32,000 bases of DNA, from contig NZ_CP013011.1 in assembly GCF_001412615.1 (NCBI RefSeq), positions 480,001 through 512,000 of the forward strand, read 5' to 3'. The notes below the pieces were generated by a model. The model saw nothing but the letters and a program-made list of their open reading frames with translations, did not search any database and had not been told where the DNA came from. The DNA is from Pyrodictium delaneyi (GTDB lineage: Archaea; Thermoproteota; Thermoprotei_A; Sulfolobales; Pyrodictiaceae). Both the position numbers and the translations under genes were made by a program. Shown here in pieces: positions 16,933 to 24,112 of this stretch (position 1 is the first letter of the stretch; each line of letters begins with the position of its first letter).

Positions 16933-19482
16933 TTAGCTCCGGCGGTAGACTATTGATAGGCCTAGGGCTATTACTGCAGCAGCTAGCGCTATAGCGCCTA
17001 GCGTGTAAGCTGTCGATGATACACTGTCTATCTTGCTGCTTAACTCATCGATCTTCTTGCTTATCTCCTCTATCATGCTTATAGCTTGGCCTGCCTTATT
17101 GCTTGCCTCTTCAGCCTTCATGCTCGCCTCTTCTGCCTTAGCATTTGCTGTCTCAGCCTTCTGTCCTATAGTCTGTAGCTGTCCCGCCACCTGCTGTATC
17201 TCGGATACTAGCTTCTGTATCTCCTTGGCCTGTGGACTTAGTGCCTCTAGCTGTTTGCTCAGCTCTTGCAACTGCTGCAATAGTGTGTTAACATCAGTCT
17301 TTAGCGAGCCAACGTCACCTTCTATAGCTGAATAGCCGGTCTCTAGGCTCTGTAGCTGGCTCTTTAGCACCGGTACCTGGGCCTCTAGAGCTGCTAGCTG
17401 CGCCTTGAGGCTCTCTAGTTCGCGCTGTAGTTGTGCTATCTGTGCAGCTAGCTCAGGCGTGTACGGAGCACCAGCAGCTGCCTGCTTTAGTGCCTGTAGC
17501 TCAGTTTCTATCTGCTTTATCTTTAGTGCCGTGTAGAGGTAGCTGGTCATTCTACCTAGCTTGTCCATTACCGTATCTACTATACCGAACCAGTGGGCGA
17601 AGTCTGGACCCATCATGTAGACGCCATTCCTCCAGCGGCGACCCTCATGATGCCATATGTAGTACCACATTATCTCCATGTACTCGTCAAGTATGTTCTT
17701 GTTATCGTGTATGCCCTCCTTCCACGCTAGCTGTAGTAGCGCGTTCGCGAACCTGGCTACTATGTCGTAGTCTATCATGTTCTGGTCGGCAGTACGGAAG
17801 AAGTTCTCGGTCCACTGGCTGCTGTGACATAGCTTACATACTGCCTCCATCTCGGCACGGTGCTTGGCTAGCTCGCCAGTGTACTCTACCTTTAGTAGTC
17901 TCGGGAACTTGGTCTCGCCTATCTTGCCACCATCCTCTACTATCTTTATGCCGGTGAATACCGGGTACTTGTATGGCTCTGGTGCCTTGTCGTTCTTCTT
18001 AGCCTCTATGTCCTCTAGCTTGCCCTTTAGCTGGCTCCAGCCGTAGAATAGTGCTTGCTGCATCTTGTCGGGTATTATGCCCTTAGGTATGCTGAAGAAG
18101 TGCATCTGGTCCCATACTAGCCTCTTCACAAGGTCGTGGGTACCGGGCACTAATATGTTGCCGTTAGCATCGGCTAGAGCACTCATGTGACATGTAGCAC
18201 ATGTTGGCGCATTGAAGTCTACACCAACACGCCATGGTATCTGATCCCAGTTCCAGTCCTTACCGTATACGTCCCATATGTTGCCGTGCTTGCTCTCCTC
18301 GTAGATCTCTATGTGTGGATGGTCGTAACCTAGGTGGCACTGACCACATGTCCATGGCTCGCGTGCCTGCTTTATGCTGAATAAATGTCTTGGGTGGCAT
18401 GCAGTACAAGTGCCAAGGCTGCCGTCTGGGTCTAGACGAGCTGCACCATTGTTAGGCCAGCCCCATAGGGCTACTCTATTGACTTGCATACCATTGATTG
18501 TCACAGTCTCCTTCTTATAGGGTACTACGACTGTACCGTGACATTCGAAGCATGCATGATATATGTACCCGTTTCTGAACGATGGGTGCTCCATCACGTT
18601 ACTTATTGCTTTACTGTTACCATCTATGGACGTTACTGCTATCTTTATACCCATCTTGTTAAGAAGTGTTGTATTTAGTACACCACTTGCAGGCCATAGC
18701 GGGCTTATAAATGTCTTCCAGTCATAATCATAGGGCGTTACCATGCCAGTTGCCTCTTTGAGCATCTTTACTATGTCATTCTCCTGGCCAGTCTCCATGT
18801 ACTGCATTATGGCCTTTGCTATCTCCTTGTAGAAGTTCCAGTTTATGTCATCTACGTCACGCTGCTTAGTTAGGTATGGTGGGAAGTACTTCTCGTAGAG
18901 GGCCTTAGCCTGGGCATCGCCGAATGGGTCTGCGCCCTGGCTCTTAGCCCACTTTAGTATGCCCAGATACCATGGCTTAAATGGTGACATGACGCTGCCT
19001 GTTGCGTGCCATGTCCAGCTTATCTCTGCGCTCTCCTTGGGGTGACACTGGCTACAGTCCTTCCTTGTAACTATGGTTACTATCTTGTAGCCGAAGTGGT
19101 TTTCTATGACGTCAGGCCTGTCAGCTTCCTTAAACATACCGTGACACTCGTAACAGCCTATTACGTAGTTGTAGTTCTTGAACTTGTCAGCTATCTTGTC
19201 GGCCCATTCTGGGGTGCCTATAGCCTTGTAGAGGTCTGCTAGCGCTGCAGGGGTCATCTCGGCATGCTTGCTGTTAGCCCAGTCATACACTATGCCCGGT
19301 GTATACTGTATGTGACAGCTTAGACATGCCTTGGTCTGCGGGCTTACGACATCACTCTTCATTAGTTCTTGAACCTTAGCTGCTAGGTCGTCGCCGAACT
19401 GGGCTGCATGAGCAGGTGCTGCTATGCCTGCTACTAGGAGGAAGGATAGGACTAGGATACCGGCTAGTAGGAAGCGCTTCAT
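16933..19482 (-). CDS. octahaem c-type cytochrome, hydroxylamine oxidoreductase (HAO)-family-like, with C-terminal coiled-coil stalk and TM anchor
   Basis: Eight CxxCH motifs (CLSCH, CYECH, CSQCH, CFECH, CTACH, CGQCH, CATCH, CKLCH). The block GTCTACHPRHLFSIKQAREPWTCGQCHLGYDHPHIEIYEESKHG matches my memory of the HAO family. Signal peptide MKRFLLAGILVLSFLLVAGIAAPAHA follows GGAGGG. The last 198 aa are about 172 aa of heptad-like Q/L/E/K-rich sequence plus a TM ending YRRS. Confidence 0.85.
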   Translation of the reverse strand: MKRFLLAGILVLSFLLVAGIAAPAHAAQFGDDLAAKVQELMKSDVVSPQTKACLSCHIQYTPGIVYDWANSKHAEMTPAALADLYKAIGTPEWADKIADKFKNYNYVIGCYECHGMFKEADRPDVIENHFGYKIVTIVTRKDCSQCHPKESAEISWTWHATGSVMSPFKPWYLGILKWAKSQGADPFGDAQAKALYEKYFPPYLTKQRDVDDINWNFYKEIAKAIMQYMETGQENDIVKMLKEATGMVTPYDYDWKTFISPLWPASGVLNTTLLNKMGIKIAVTSIDGNSKAISNVMEHPSFRNGYIYHACFECHGTVVVPYKKETVTINGMQVNRVALWGWPNNGAARLDPDGSLGTCTACHPRHLFSIKQAREPWTCGQCHLGYDHPHIEIYEESKHGNIWDVYGKDWNWDQIPWRVGVDFNAPTCATCHMSALADANGNILVPGTHDLVKRLVWDQMHFFSIPKGIIPDKMQQALFYGWSQLKGKLEDIEAKKNDKAPEPYKYPVFTGIKIVEDGGKIGETKFPRLLKVEYTGELAKHRAEMEAVCKLCHSSQWTENFFRTADQNMIDYDIVARFANALLQLAWKEGIHDNKNILDEYMEIMWYYIWHHEGRRWRNGVYMMGPDFAHWFGIVDTVMDKLGRMTSYLYTALKIKQIETELQALKQAAAGAPYTPELAAQIAQLQRELESLKAQLAALEAQVPVLKSQLQSLETGYSAIEGDVGSLKTDVNTLLQQLQELSKQLEALSPQAKEIQKLVSEIQQVAGQLQTIGQKAETANAKAEEASMKAEEASNKAGQAISMIEEISKKIDELSSKIDSVSSTAYTLGAIALAAAVIALGLSIVYRRS

Positions 19483-19532
19483 GATCGGCATACCCTCCAC
19501 ACACCCTTATTTTTAGCCGTGATAGTCAATAT

Positions 19533-19585
19533 TCGTAGTGTGCAACTAGTTATGTTTGCAACCCCAATTTTTCGGCACACTACGA
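19533..19585. promoter_or_regulatory. 11-bp perfect inverted repeat TCGTAGTGTGC-N31-GCACACTACGA upstream of the octahaem gene (operator or 5' UTR hairpin candidate)
   Basis: Arms at 19533-19543 and 19575-19585, read directly. The spacer contains a TGCAAC-N10-TGCAAC direct repeat. The element lies between a TATA-like sequence and the start codon at 19482. Confidence 0.4.
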
Positions 19586-19593
19586 TATATTAA
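19585..19593 (-). promoter_or_regulatory. TATA-like element (TTAATATAT on minus) for the octahaem cytochrome gene
   Basis: The reverse complement of 19585-19593 is TTAATATAT, and it abuts the right arm of the inverted repeat. The predicted TSS near 19563 would fall in the repeat spacer. Confidence 0.3.
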
Positions 19594-19777
19594 CTATAAC
19601 TACCGGAACTACCAGAAGTATATAGCATGCTACTTACGCTTGTACTCAAGTATACCGCAGCATTATCTGCGCCGAGTAGACATCTAGATTTAGTCAAGTA
19701 CAAATTTCCAAAGGGGAATCACCACAAGACCTATATGGTCTACATAGAATCGGCTTCGGCTGCTGGGGGTTATTGAC

Positions 19778-20563
19778 ATGGTATTTGGGCTCCAGGGCCT
19801 CCGTGTACTCGTAACTGCGTCAACGCGAGGTATAGGCCGTGGCATAGCAGAGGTACTGCTAGACGAGGGGGCCCGTGTGGTTATCAACGGTCGCTACGCG
19901 GAGACCGTTAAGGATGTTGTAGAGCGTCTAAAGCAGAGAGGCGAGGTACATGGCATCACTGCCGACTTGACACGGAGGGAGGACGTGGAGAGCCTCGTGA
20001 AGGGGGCTGCCCAGCTACTTGGAGGCCTTGATGCTGTGGTCTACGTGGCAGGACCGCCACGGCCTGGCGTCTTCGAGGAACTGGGGCTTGATGACTGGGA
20101 GTATGGGTCGAGGCTGCTTGTGCTGAGTGCTATTTGGGTTGCCTATTATGCTCTACCCTACTTGAAGCAGAGCAAGAACCCAAGTCTAGTCTACGTTACC
20201 AGTGTTGCCACCAAGGAGCCTGTTGAGGGTCTTACCCTATCCAATGCCTTGAGGATATCCGTGCATGGTCTCGTGAAGACCTTGTCGCGGGAGCTTGCTC
20301 GCTACGGGGTGAGGGTTAACGCCATAATGCCTGGCTATATTATGACCGACCGGGTGCGCCAGATAGCGGAGACACGGGCAGCAAAGGAGGGACGTAGTCC
20401 CGAGGAGGTTCTCGGCGAGATAGCCCAGGCCATTCCGCTGGCTCGGCTGGGAGAACCCCGGGAAGTTGGCTACCTGGTAGCGTTCCTACTCAGCCCCTAT
20501 GCTAGCTACATTACCGGCGCCTCGATACCTATCGACGGCGGCCTCCTACGCTCAGTGTTTTAG
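19778..20563 (+). CDS. short-chain dehydrogenase/reductase family protein with non-canonical active site
   Basis: Rossmann motif VTASTRGIGRGIA and PGYIMTDR near the C-terminus. In a hand alignment to E. coli FabG, YAAAK corresponds to SNALR here, so Tyr becomes Ser and Lys becomes Arg. Confidence 0.8.
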   Translation: MVFGLQGLRVLVTASTRGIGRGIAEVLLDEGARVVINGRYAETVKDVVERLKQRGEVHGITADLTRREDVESLVKGAAQLLGGLDAVVYVAGPPRPGVFEELGLDDWEYGSRLLVLSAIWVAYYALPYLKQSKNPSLVYVTSVATKEPVEGLTLSNALRISVHGLVKTLSRELARYGVRVNAIMPGYIMTDRVRQIAETRAAKEGRSPEEVLGEIAQAIPLARLGEPREVGYLVAFLLSPYASYITGASIPIDGGLLRSVF

Positions 20564-20627
20564 CTCAAGGCTACATGGAGCTTAGAAGGCCAGCTATCTC
20601 TTCCAGGCACGCCTGGGTAGGCAGGCA

Positions 20628-22052
20628 TTGACCGCTGTGCCTGGTAGTGTTGTGAGGATAAGGGTACGCGGTATTTATGCTACTGCCTTGACCAAGTTTG
20701 TCCTGGACGCAGGCTTTCAAGTAGTCCAGCCCTCTAGGGTTATAGCTGATCGTTTTAGTCTACCACAGCTACCACTACCAGCCGACGTTACTATAAAGAA
20801 TAGTGACAATGACCCCTCGGAACTGCTGATAGTCGGCTACGAGTGGGCTGTAGACAAGGTTCTCGAGAAGCTCCGGGAGCTGCTCCCCTATTCGTTCTAC
20901 TGGCGTTCTAGCCTCCCTCTCCATGCCACAGTGAAAGCACGAGTCAAGGGGCTAATCGATGGCGTGTGCATAGCCGAGGTTGCCGGGATTGATGCCGAGT
21001 TAATCATAGACAGAGAGCATTGCGAATCCGGGAAAAATGTAGTGGCATCTGTTGTTAGACCCGGCGTAAAGCCGGGAGAGCGGCCGCGTCTCGCTCTAGG
21101 GGCACGGGTTCTCGGAGACTATGCTATACTCATGGAATCTGAGCGGCCACGCGTGACTGTAAGCGAGCATATACGCAATCCAGAGAAGCGAGCCGAACTC
21201 ATAGCGCTCGCATCACCATATACTGAGCAGGGACTTAGTGTCCATTGGAGGAGTAGTAGCCAGCACGCAGATCCGCAGGTGCTTGAGCAGCATCTCAGGG
21301 AGCTTCGCGAGAGGCTTCTCGAGGTACGAGAGGCAGCAGAGAAGGGAGAGCCTGGTGTCTATAGTGTTGGTGAGGCGGTGGTACTTATCCGGCTTAGCAG
21401 TGTGGATAAGCTTATGCTCGATAAGATACGCGATGCTGTTGTACCAACAATAAGCCTACACCATAGCGTCAAGAGTACTGCGCCAAGCTTCTCAACTGTA
21501 GTAGATTACGCGGAGAAGCTAAAAGCTAGAAGCGTAGACTCAAACCTGTTATCCGAGACCCTTCTAGAGATGCTCGGCGAGAAACTTGCATCCTCGCGCA
21601 CTGTAAAGCTGGTACACGTTAAGCCCGATGGCAGCATCATAGAACTAGGGCGCGGCGAGGTTAGAAACGTCTACATGGAGCGGAATAGACTTATAATAGT
21701 GATTGAGCGTAGGGTGAGGAATCGTGGTGTCTACGACGGACTTGGGGTAGAGAAGGAGCCTGGCGACAGAATAGTGTCTGAAATAGACACTGGCTCCTGG
21801 ATTATAAAACACACCTACTACTCCCGCGATGGCACTGTGAAAGGCATATACATCAACATAAACACGCCCCCAGAGGTCTCCGAGGACGCTATAGTCTACC
21901 TTGACCTAGAAGTCGACGTGGTCAAGAAACCTGGAGAGAAGCCCCGCATAATAGACGAGGAAGATCTACAGAGAGCCCTAGAAGCCGGGATTATAACTGA
22001 TAGACTTTACGAGAAGGCTTTAGAGGAGGCTAAGAAGGCGTTAGGAGGTTAA
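20628..22052 (+). CDS. fau-1: probable ribonuclease FAU-1 (archaeal RNase E/G-like RNA-binding protein, C-terminal DUF402-type domain)
   Basis: About 470 aa with an RIRVRGIYATALTKFVLDAGFQVVQPS N-terminus, as I recall for Pyrococcus FAU-1. The longest ORF starts at TTG 20628. GTG 20652 (giving MRIRVRG...) is an equally plausible start. Confidence 0.7.
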   Translation: MTAVPGSVVRIRVRGIYATALTKFVLDAGFQVVQPSRVIADRFSLPQLPLPADVTIKNSDNDPSELLIVGYEWAVDKVLEKLRELLPYSFYWRSSLPLHATVKARVKGLIDGVCIAEVAGIDAELIIDREHCESGKNVVASVVRPGVKPGERPRLALGARVLGDYAILMESERPRVTVSEHIRNPEKRAELIALASPYTEQGLSVHWRSSSQHADPQVLEQHLRELRERLLEVREAAEKGEPGVYSVGEAVVLIRLSSVDKLMLDKIRDAVVPTISLHHSVKSTAPSFSTVVDYAEKLKARSVDSNLLSETLLEMLGEKLASSRTVKLVHVKPDGSIIELGRGEVRNVYMERNRLIIVIERRVRNRGVYDGLGVEKEPGDRIVSEIDTGSWIIKHTYYSRDGTVKGIYININTPPEVSEDAIVYLDLEVDVVKKPGEKPRIIDEEDLQRALEAGIITDRLYEKALEEAKKALGG

Positions 22053-22107
22053 CTATTATAAAGCCCTGACAAAGACAGTCCTCCATTTCATGGAGTAGCT
22101 CGTGGGC

Positions 22108-22195
22108 GCGGGGGTGCCCGAGCCAGGTCAAAGGGGGCGGGCTCAGGACCCGCTGGCGTAGGCCTGCGTGGGTTCAAATCCCACCCCCCGCACCA
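22108..22195 (+). tRNA. tRNA-Leu (anticodon CAG), class II with long variable arm, CCA encoded
   Basis: Hand-folded. Acceptor GCGGGGG/CCCCCGC. Anticodon stem GCGGG/CCCGC with loop CUCAGGA (CAG at 22144-22146). Variable arm of 14 nt. T arm GTGGG-TTCAAAT-CCCAC. Discriminator A followed by CCA. Confidence 0.9.
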
Positions 22196-22314
22196 CAACA
22201 ACATCCCACTAAATGTGTAATACTTCCGCTTCTCTCCCTCCCTAGAGACTCTGGTTACATGTTCTGCCATATACACCCCTCCAGGTAACACCGTTTAAGC
22301 CCGGGACTCTGGGT

Positions 22315-22518
22315 ATGCAGAGGATAGTCACATTCAAAATAGAGGAGGATATGCTAGCAATTCTAGACCGCTACGCAAGGATGCGCAGACTCACAAGGAG
22401 CGAAGTAATAAGGGAAGCCATAGAGAGGCTGCTACGGAGCGAGGGCATAGAGGTTCCGAAGAGGCCTTCCCCACCAAGGTATGACCCACGCGCACCATTA
22501 ATAGAGATTCCAGTATAA
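22315..22518 (+). CDS. ribbon-helix-helix (CopG/Arc/MetJ-type) DNA-binding protein
   Basis: 67 aa. [11 protein letters not shown] beta-strand followed by [24 protein letters not shown] helices, the typical RHH pattern. No partner gene lies downstream. Confidence 0.6.
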   Translation: MQRIVTFKIEEDMLAILDRYARMRRLTRSEVIREAIERLLRSEGIEVPKRPSPPRYDPRAPLIEIPV

Positions 22519-22810
22519 CTTTACATCATCGCAGAGATTGCCACATGAGACAGTTAATGTTACCTACAAATTAAGTCCTTATTTTATACTAATCGGCGCT
22601 TCTTGCTTGGCTTTGATCCTCAATATGTGTCTGCGTCATAGTTACTAACGGCTCAGACTAATTCTCGATATGAGATTGTAAACTGGGTAAGAGTACTATA
22701 TGTGTACTGTAGCCAATGTTCCTGGATCTATAGGCAAGCTATAAAGGAAAAACTTGCCTAGCTCGGCGCAGACACTTCTGGCATCGTTAAACTCGCTTAA
22801 ACTCGCTGGG

Positions 22811-23083
22811 CTAGTCTCTGACAGTCTCGAGGAGAGAGATAACGTTCCAGATTATCGTACGGGCATAGACCGGCATATTTGGATCTTGACTTATCTCGTC
22901 GAGTATACTTATCGCGTTTGCAGCACGTACACCAGGGCTTAGACTCTCGTCGCGGAGCTGCTTTATCGCCTCAGTTGCTGCACGGCGTATGTTTCGCGGA
23001 ACAGCTGTATCATTTATTATCCTCATTAGCATTACTATTGCTTGTCTTATCTTAGCCTCGTTATCGTATATGGGGGCTGCCAT
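22811..23083 (-). CDS. UPF0147 family protein (conserved small archaeal helical protein)
   Basis: 90 aa. [13 protein letters not shown]...[23 protein letters not shown] matches my recollection of the UPF0147 signature. Confidence 0.75.
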   Translation of the reverse strand: MAAPIYDNEAKIRQAIVMLMRIINDTAVPRNIRRAATEAIKQLRDESLSPGVRAANAISILDEISQDPNMPVYARTIIWNVISLLETVRD

Positions 23084-23100
23084 GCTTCATCACCCCATCA

Positions 23101-23184
23101 CAACCCCTTTCGGGGCGTTGACGTTGCCTGTGCTGGGGCCTGCGGCCCCTAGCACACCACCTAGCGGTTTAGACCGCTTCGGTG
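23101..23184. other. GC-rich triple stem-loop (candidate small structured RNA or structured 5' UTR)
   Basis: Three adjacent hairpins folded by hand: 23101-23120 (CAA/CCCC-TTTC-GGGG/TTG), 23130-23155 (GTGCTGGGGCC-TGC-GGCCCC(T)AGCAC) and 23158-23184 (CACC/AGCGGT-TTAG-ACCGCT/GGTG). Local G+C is clearly above the flanks. Confidence 0.3.
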
Positions 23185-23255
23185 CCGGGATGCTTTAAAC
23201 TCAGCTTTATTATGCTGCCCTGGCTAGCTCATTGCAGTCTGTGGGTGCATGTATC

Positions 23256-23666
23256 GTGGAGAGGAGGAGCAGCCCTGAAGTTGTTAGGCGTATGGCTGAC
23301 TTGCTGCGTGCCGGCGCTGCTATGCTTTCTGAGCGTTGCCCTCTCTGTGGGCTGCCACTCTTCCGGCTAAAGAGCGGAGAGATTGTCTGCCCTGTCCATG
23401 GTAGAGTTTACATTGTACGTGACGAGAGCGAGGTTTCTAAAGTAACTGTGCAAGGCGTACTCGAAGAGCTCGAGAAATTTGTGGCGCACCGTATTAGCGA
23501 AGTCATACAGAACGCAGAGAGGAGCCCTGGCAGCGATGTTGCCGAGGCATTGAGGAGCTGGCTTGATATCCTCGAGCGTACCGAGAGGATACTCAACATG
23601 GTCACTAGCCCAAAGAGGGAAGAAGAAAGGAAGGAGACTAACAAGAAGTCCTCCTCCGGAGGATAG
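23256..23666 (+). CDS. UPF0148 / Sjogren-scleroderma autoantigen p27-like zinc-ribbon protein
   Basis: MADLLRAGAAMLSERCPLCGLPLFRLKSGEIVCPVHG is the family's N-terminal zinc ribbon. The tail is acidic and coiled. The start is ambiguous: TTG 23232, GTG 23256 or ATG 23292. Confidence 0.7.
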   Translation: MERRSSPEVVRRMADLLRAGAAMLSERCPLCGLPLFRLKSGEIVCPVHGRVYIVRDESEVSKVTVQGVLEELEKFVAHRISEVIQNAERSPGSDVAEALRSWLDILERTERILNMVTSPKREEERKETNKKSSSGG

Positions 23667-23681
23667 CTCTGCTTTCTCTGT

Positions 23682-24107
23682 CTAGCATTCTATAGCGAGT
23701 ACCGCCTTCGGCGGGACGGATTCTAGTTCGACCCGACATCCGTCGTGGAGCTTATGTAGAAGGTCTCTAGGGAGACCTGCTACGAGTGGTACAGAGGCCA
23801 TTACAGCTCCTGCTACAAGGATAGGCTCTGCTTCTACCACTACTATGGCTGAGGGTGCTAAGCCTCGCCTTGAGAGAGCATAGAGTATGTAAGGACCTAC
23901 CGTGCTTCCTCGACCGCCTTCCATGACCAGTATCTTCCCGGCGATACTGCGGCCGTCGACTAGTGTTCCTTTCTCGGGGTCTACTTCGCCATAGAATGAG
24001 AGTCTGTTCTTAACTACTACTGTTTCCCCAATAGCCCTACCCTCTACGATACCGCGTAGTTCCAAGCATAGCTTTTGGGCGCAAGGCTGTCCGCTCATTG
24101 TTGCCAC
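23682..24107 (-). CDS. aconitase X swivel-domain protein (DUF126); phosphomevalonate dehydratase small subunit candidate
   Basis: 141 aa with SFYGEVDPEKGTLVDGRSIAGKILVMEGGRGSTVGPYILY, typical of DUF126. Lies immediately downstream of the DUF521 gene. Confidence 0.8.
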   Translation of the reverse strand: MATMSGQPCAQKLCLELRGIVEGRAIGETVVVKNRLSFYGEVDPEKGTLVDGRSIAGKILVMEGGRGSTVGPYILYALSRRGLAPSAIVVVEAEPILVAGAVMASVPLVAGLPRDLLHKLHDGCRVELESVPPKAVLAIEC

Positions 24108-24112
24108 CTCTT

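Noticed and set aside
17014-17529. Repetitive DNA in the 3' part of the octahaem gene (for example the GCCTCTTC(A/T)GCCTT repeats), considered as a tandem-repeat or mobile element
   Set aside because: The periodicity is explained by the coiled-coil coding sequence (KAEEASx repeats). The reading frame is intact.
2368-19242. Other antisense or out-of-frame ORFs in the cytochrome island (for example 2368-2652, 3050-3232, 3680-4018, 4728-5363, 5611-5841, 6431-6667, 8817-9615, 10735-11413, 11841-12215, 13534-14008, 15436-16206, 17033-18046, 18484-19242)
   Set aside because: Each is embedded in a longer ORF with clear family motifs on the opposite strand or in another frame. Their composition is typical of shadow frames.
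19690-19887. 65-aa minus-strand ORF overlapping the SDR start
   Set aside because: It overlaps the Rossmann-motif region of the SDR gene on the other strand, and its Ser/Thr/Pro/Arg-rich sequence has no motif.
22088-22291. 67-aa minus-strand ORF
   Set aside because: It overlaps tRNA-Leu(CAG) at 22108-22195, and its Gly/Pro/Arg-rich translation is the tRNA antisense.
22628-22779. 9-bp inverted repeat GTGTCTGCG / CGCAGACAC, considered as MITE-like terminal repeats
   Set aside because: The match does not extend beyond 9 bp. My rough expectation for such a match by chance in a ~300-bp AT-rich spacer is about 0.2, so it is not significant.
23085-23100. GTGATGA (C-box-like) and GTGATGG on the minus strand just upstream of the UPF0147 start, considered as a C/D-box sRNA or K-turn
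   Set aside because: There is no matching D box (CTGA) or C'/D' arrangement at the right spacing, and the putative RNA would run into the CDS.
23101-23184. The triple hairpin considered as a multi-hairpin H/ACA guide RNA
   Set aside because: The stems are continuous with no pseudouridylation pocket. None is followed by an ANA/ACA box on either strand. The element is kept only as an unclassified structured element.
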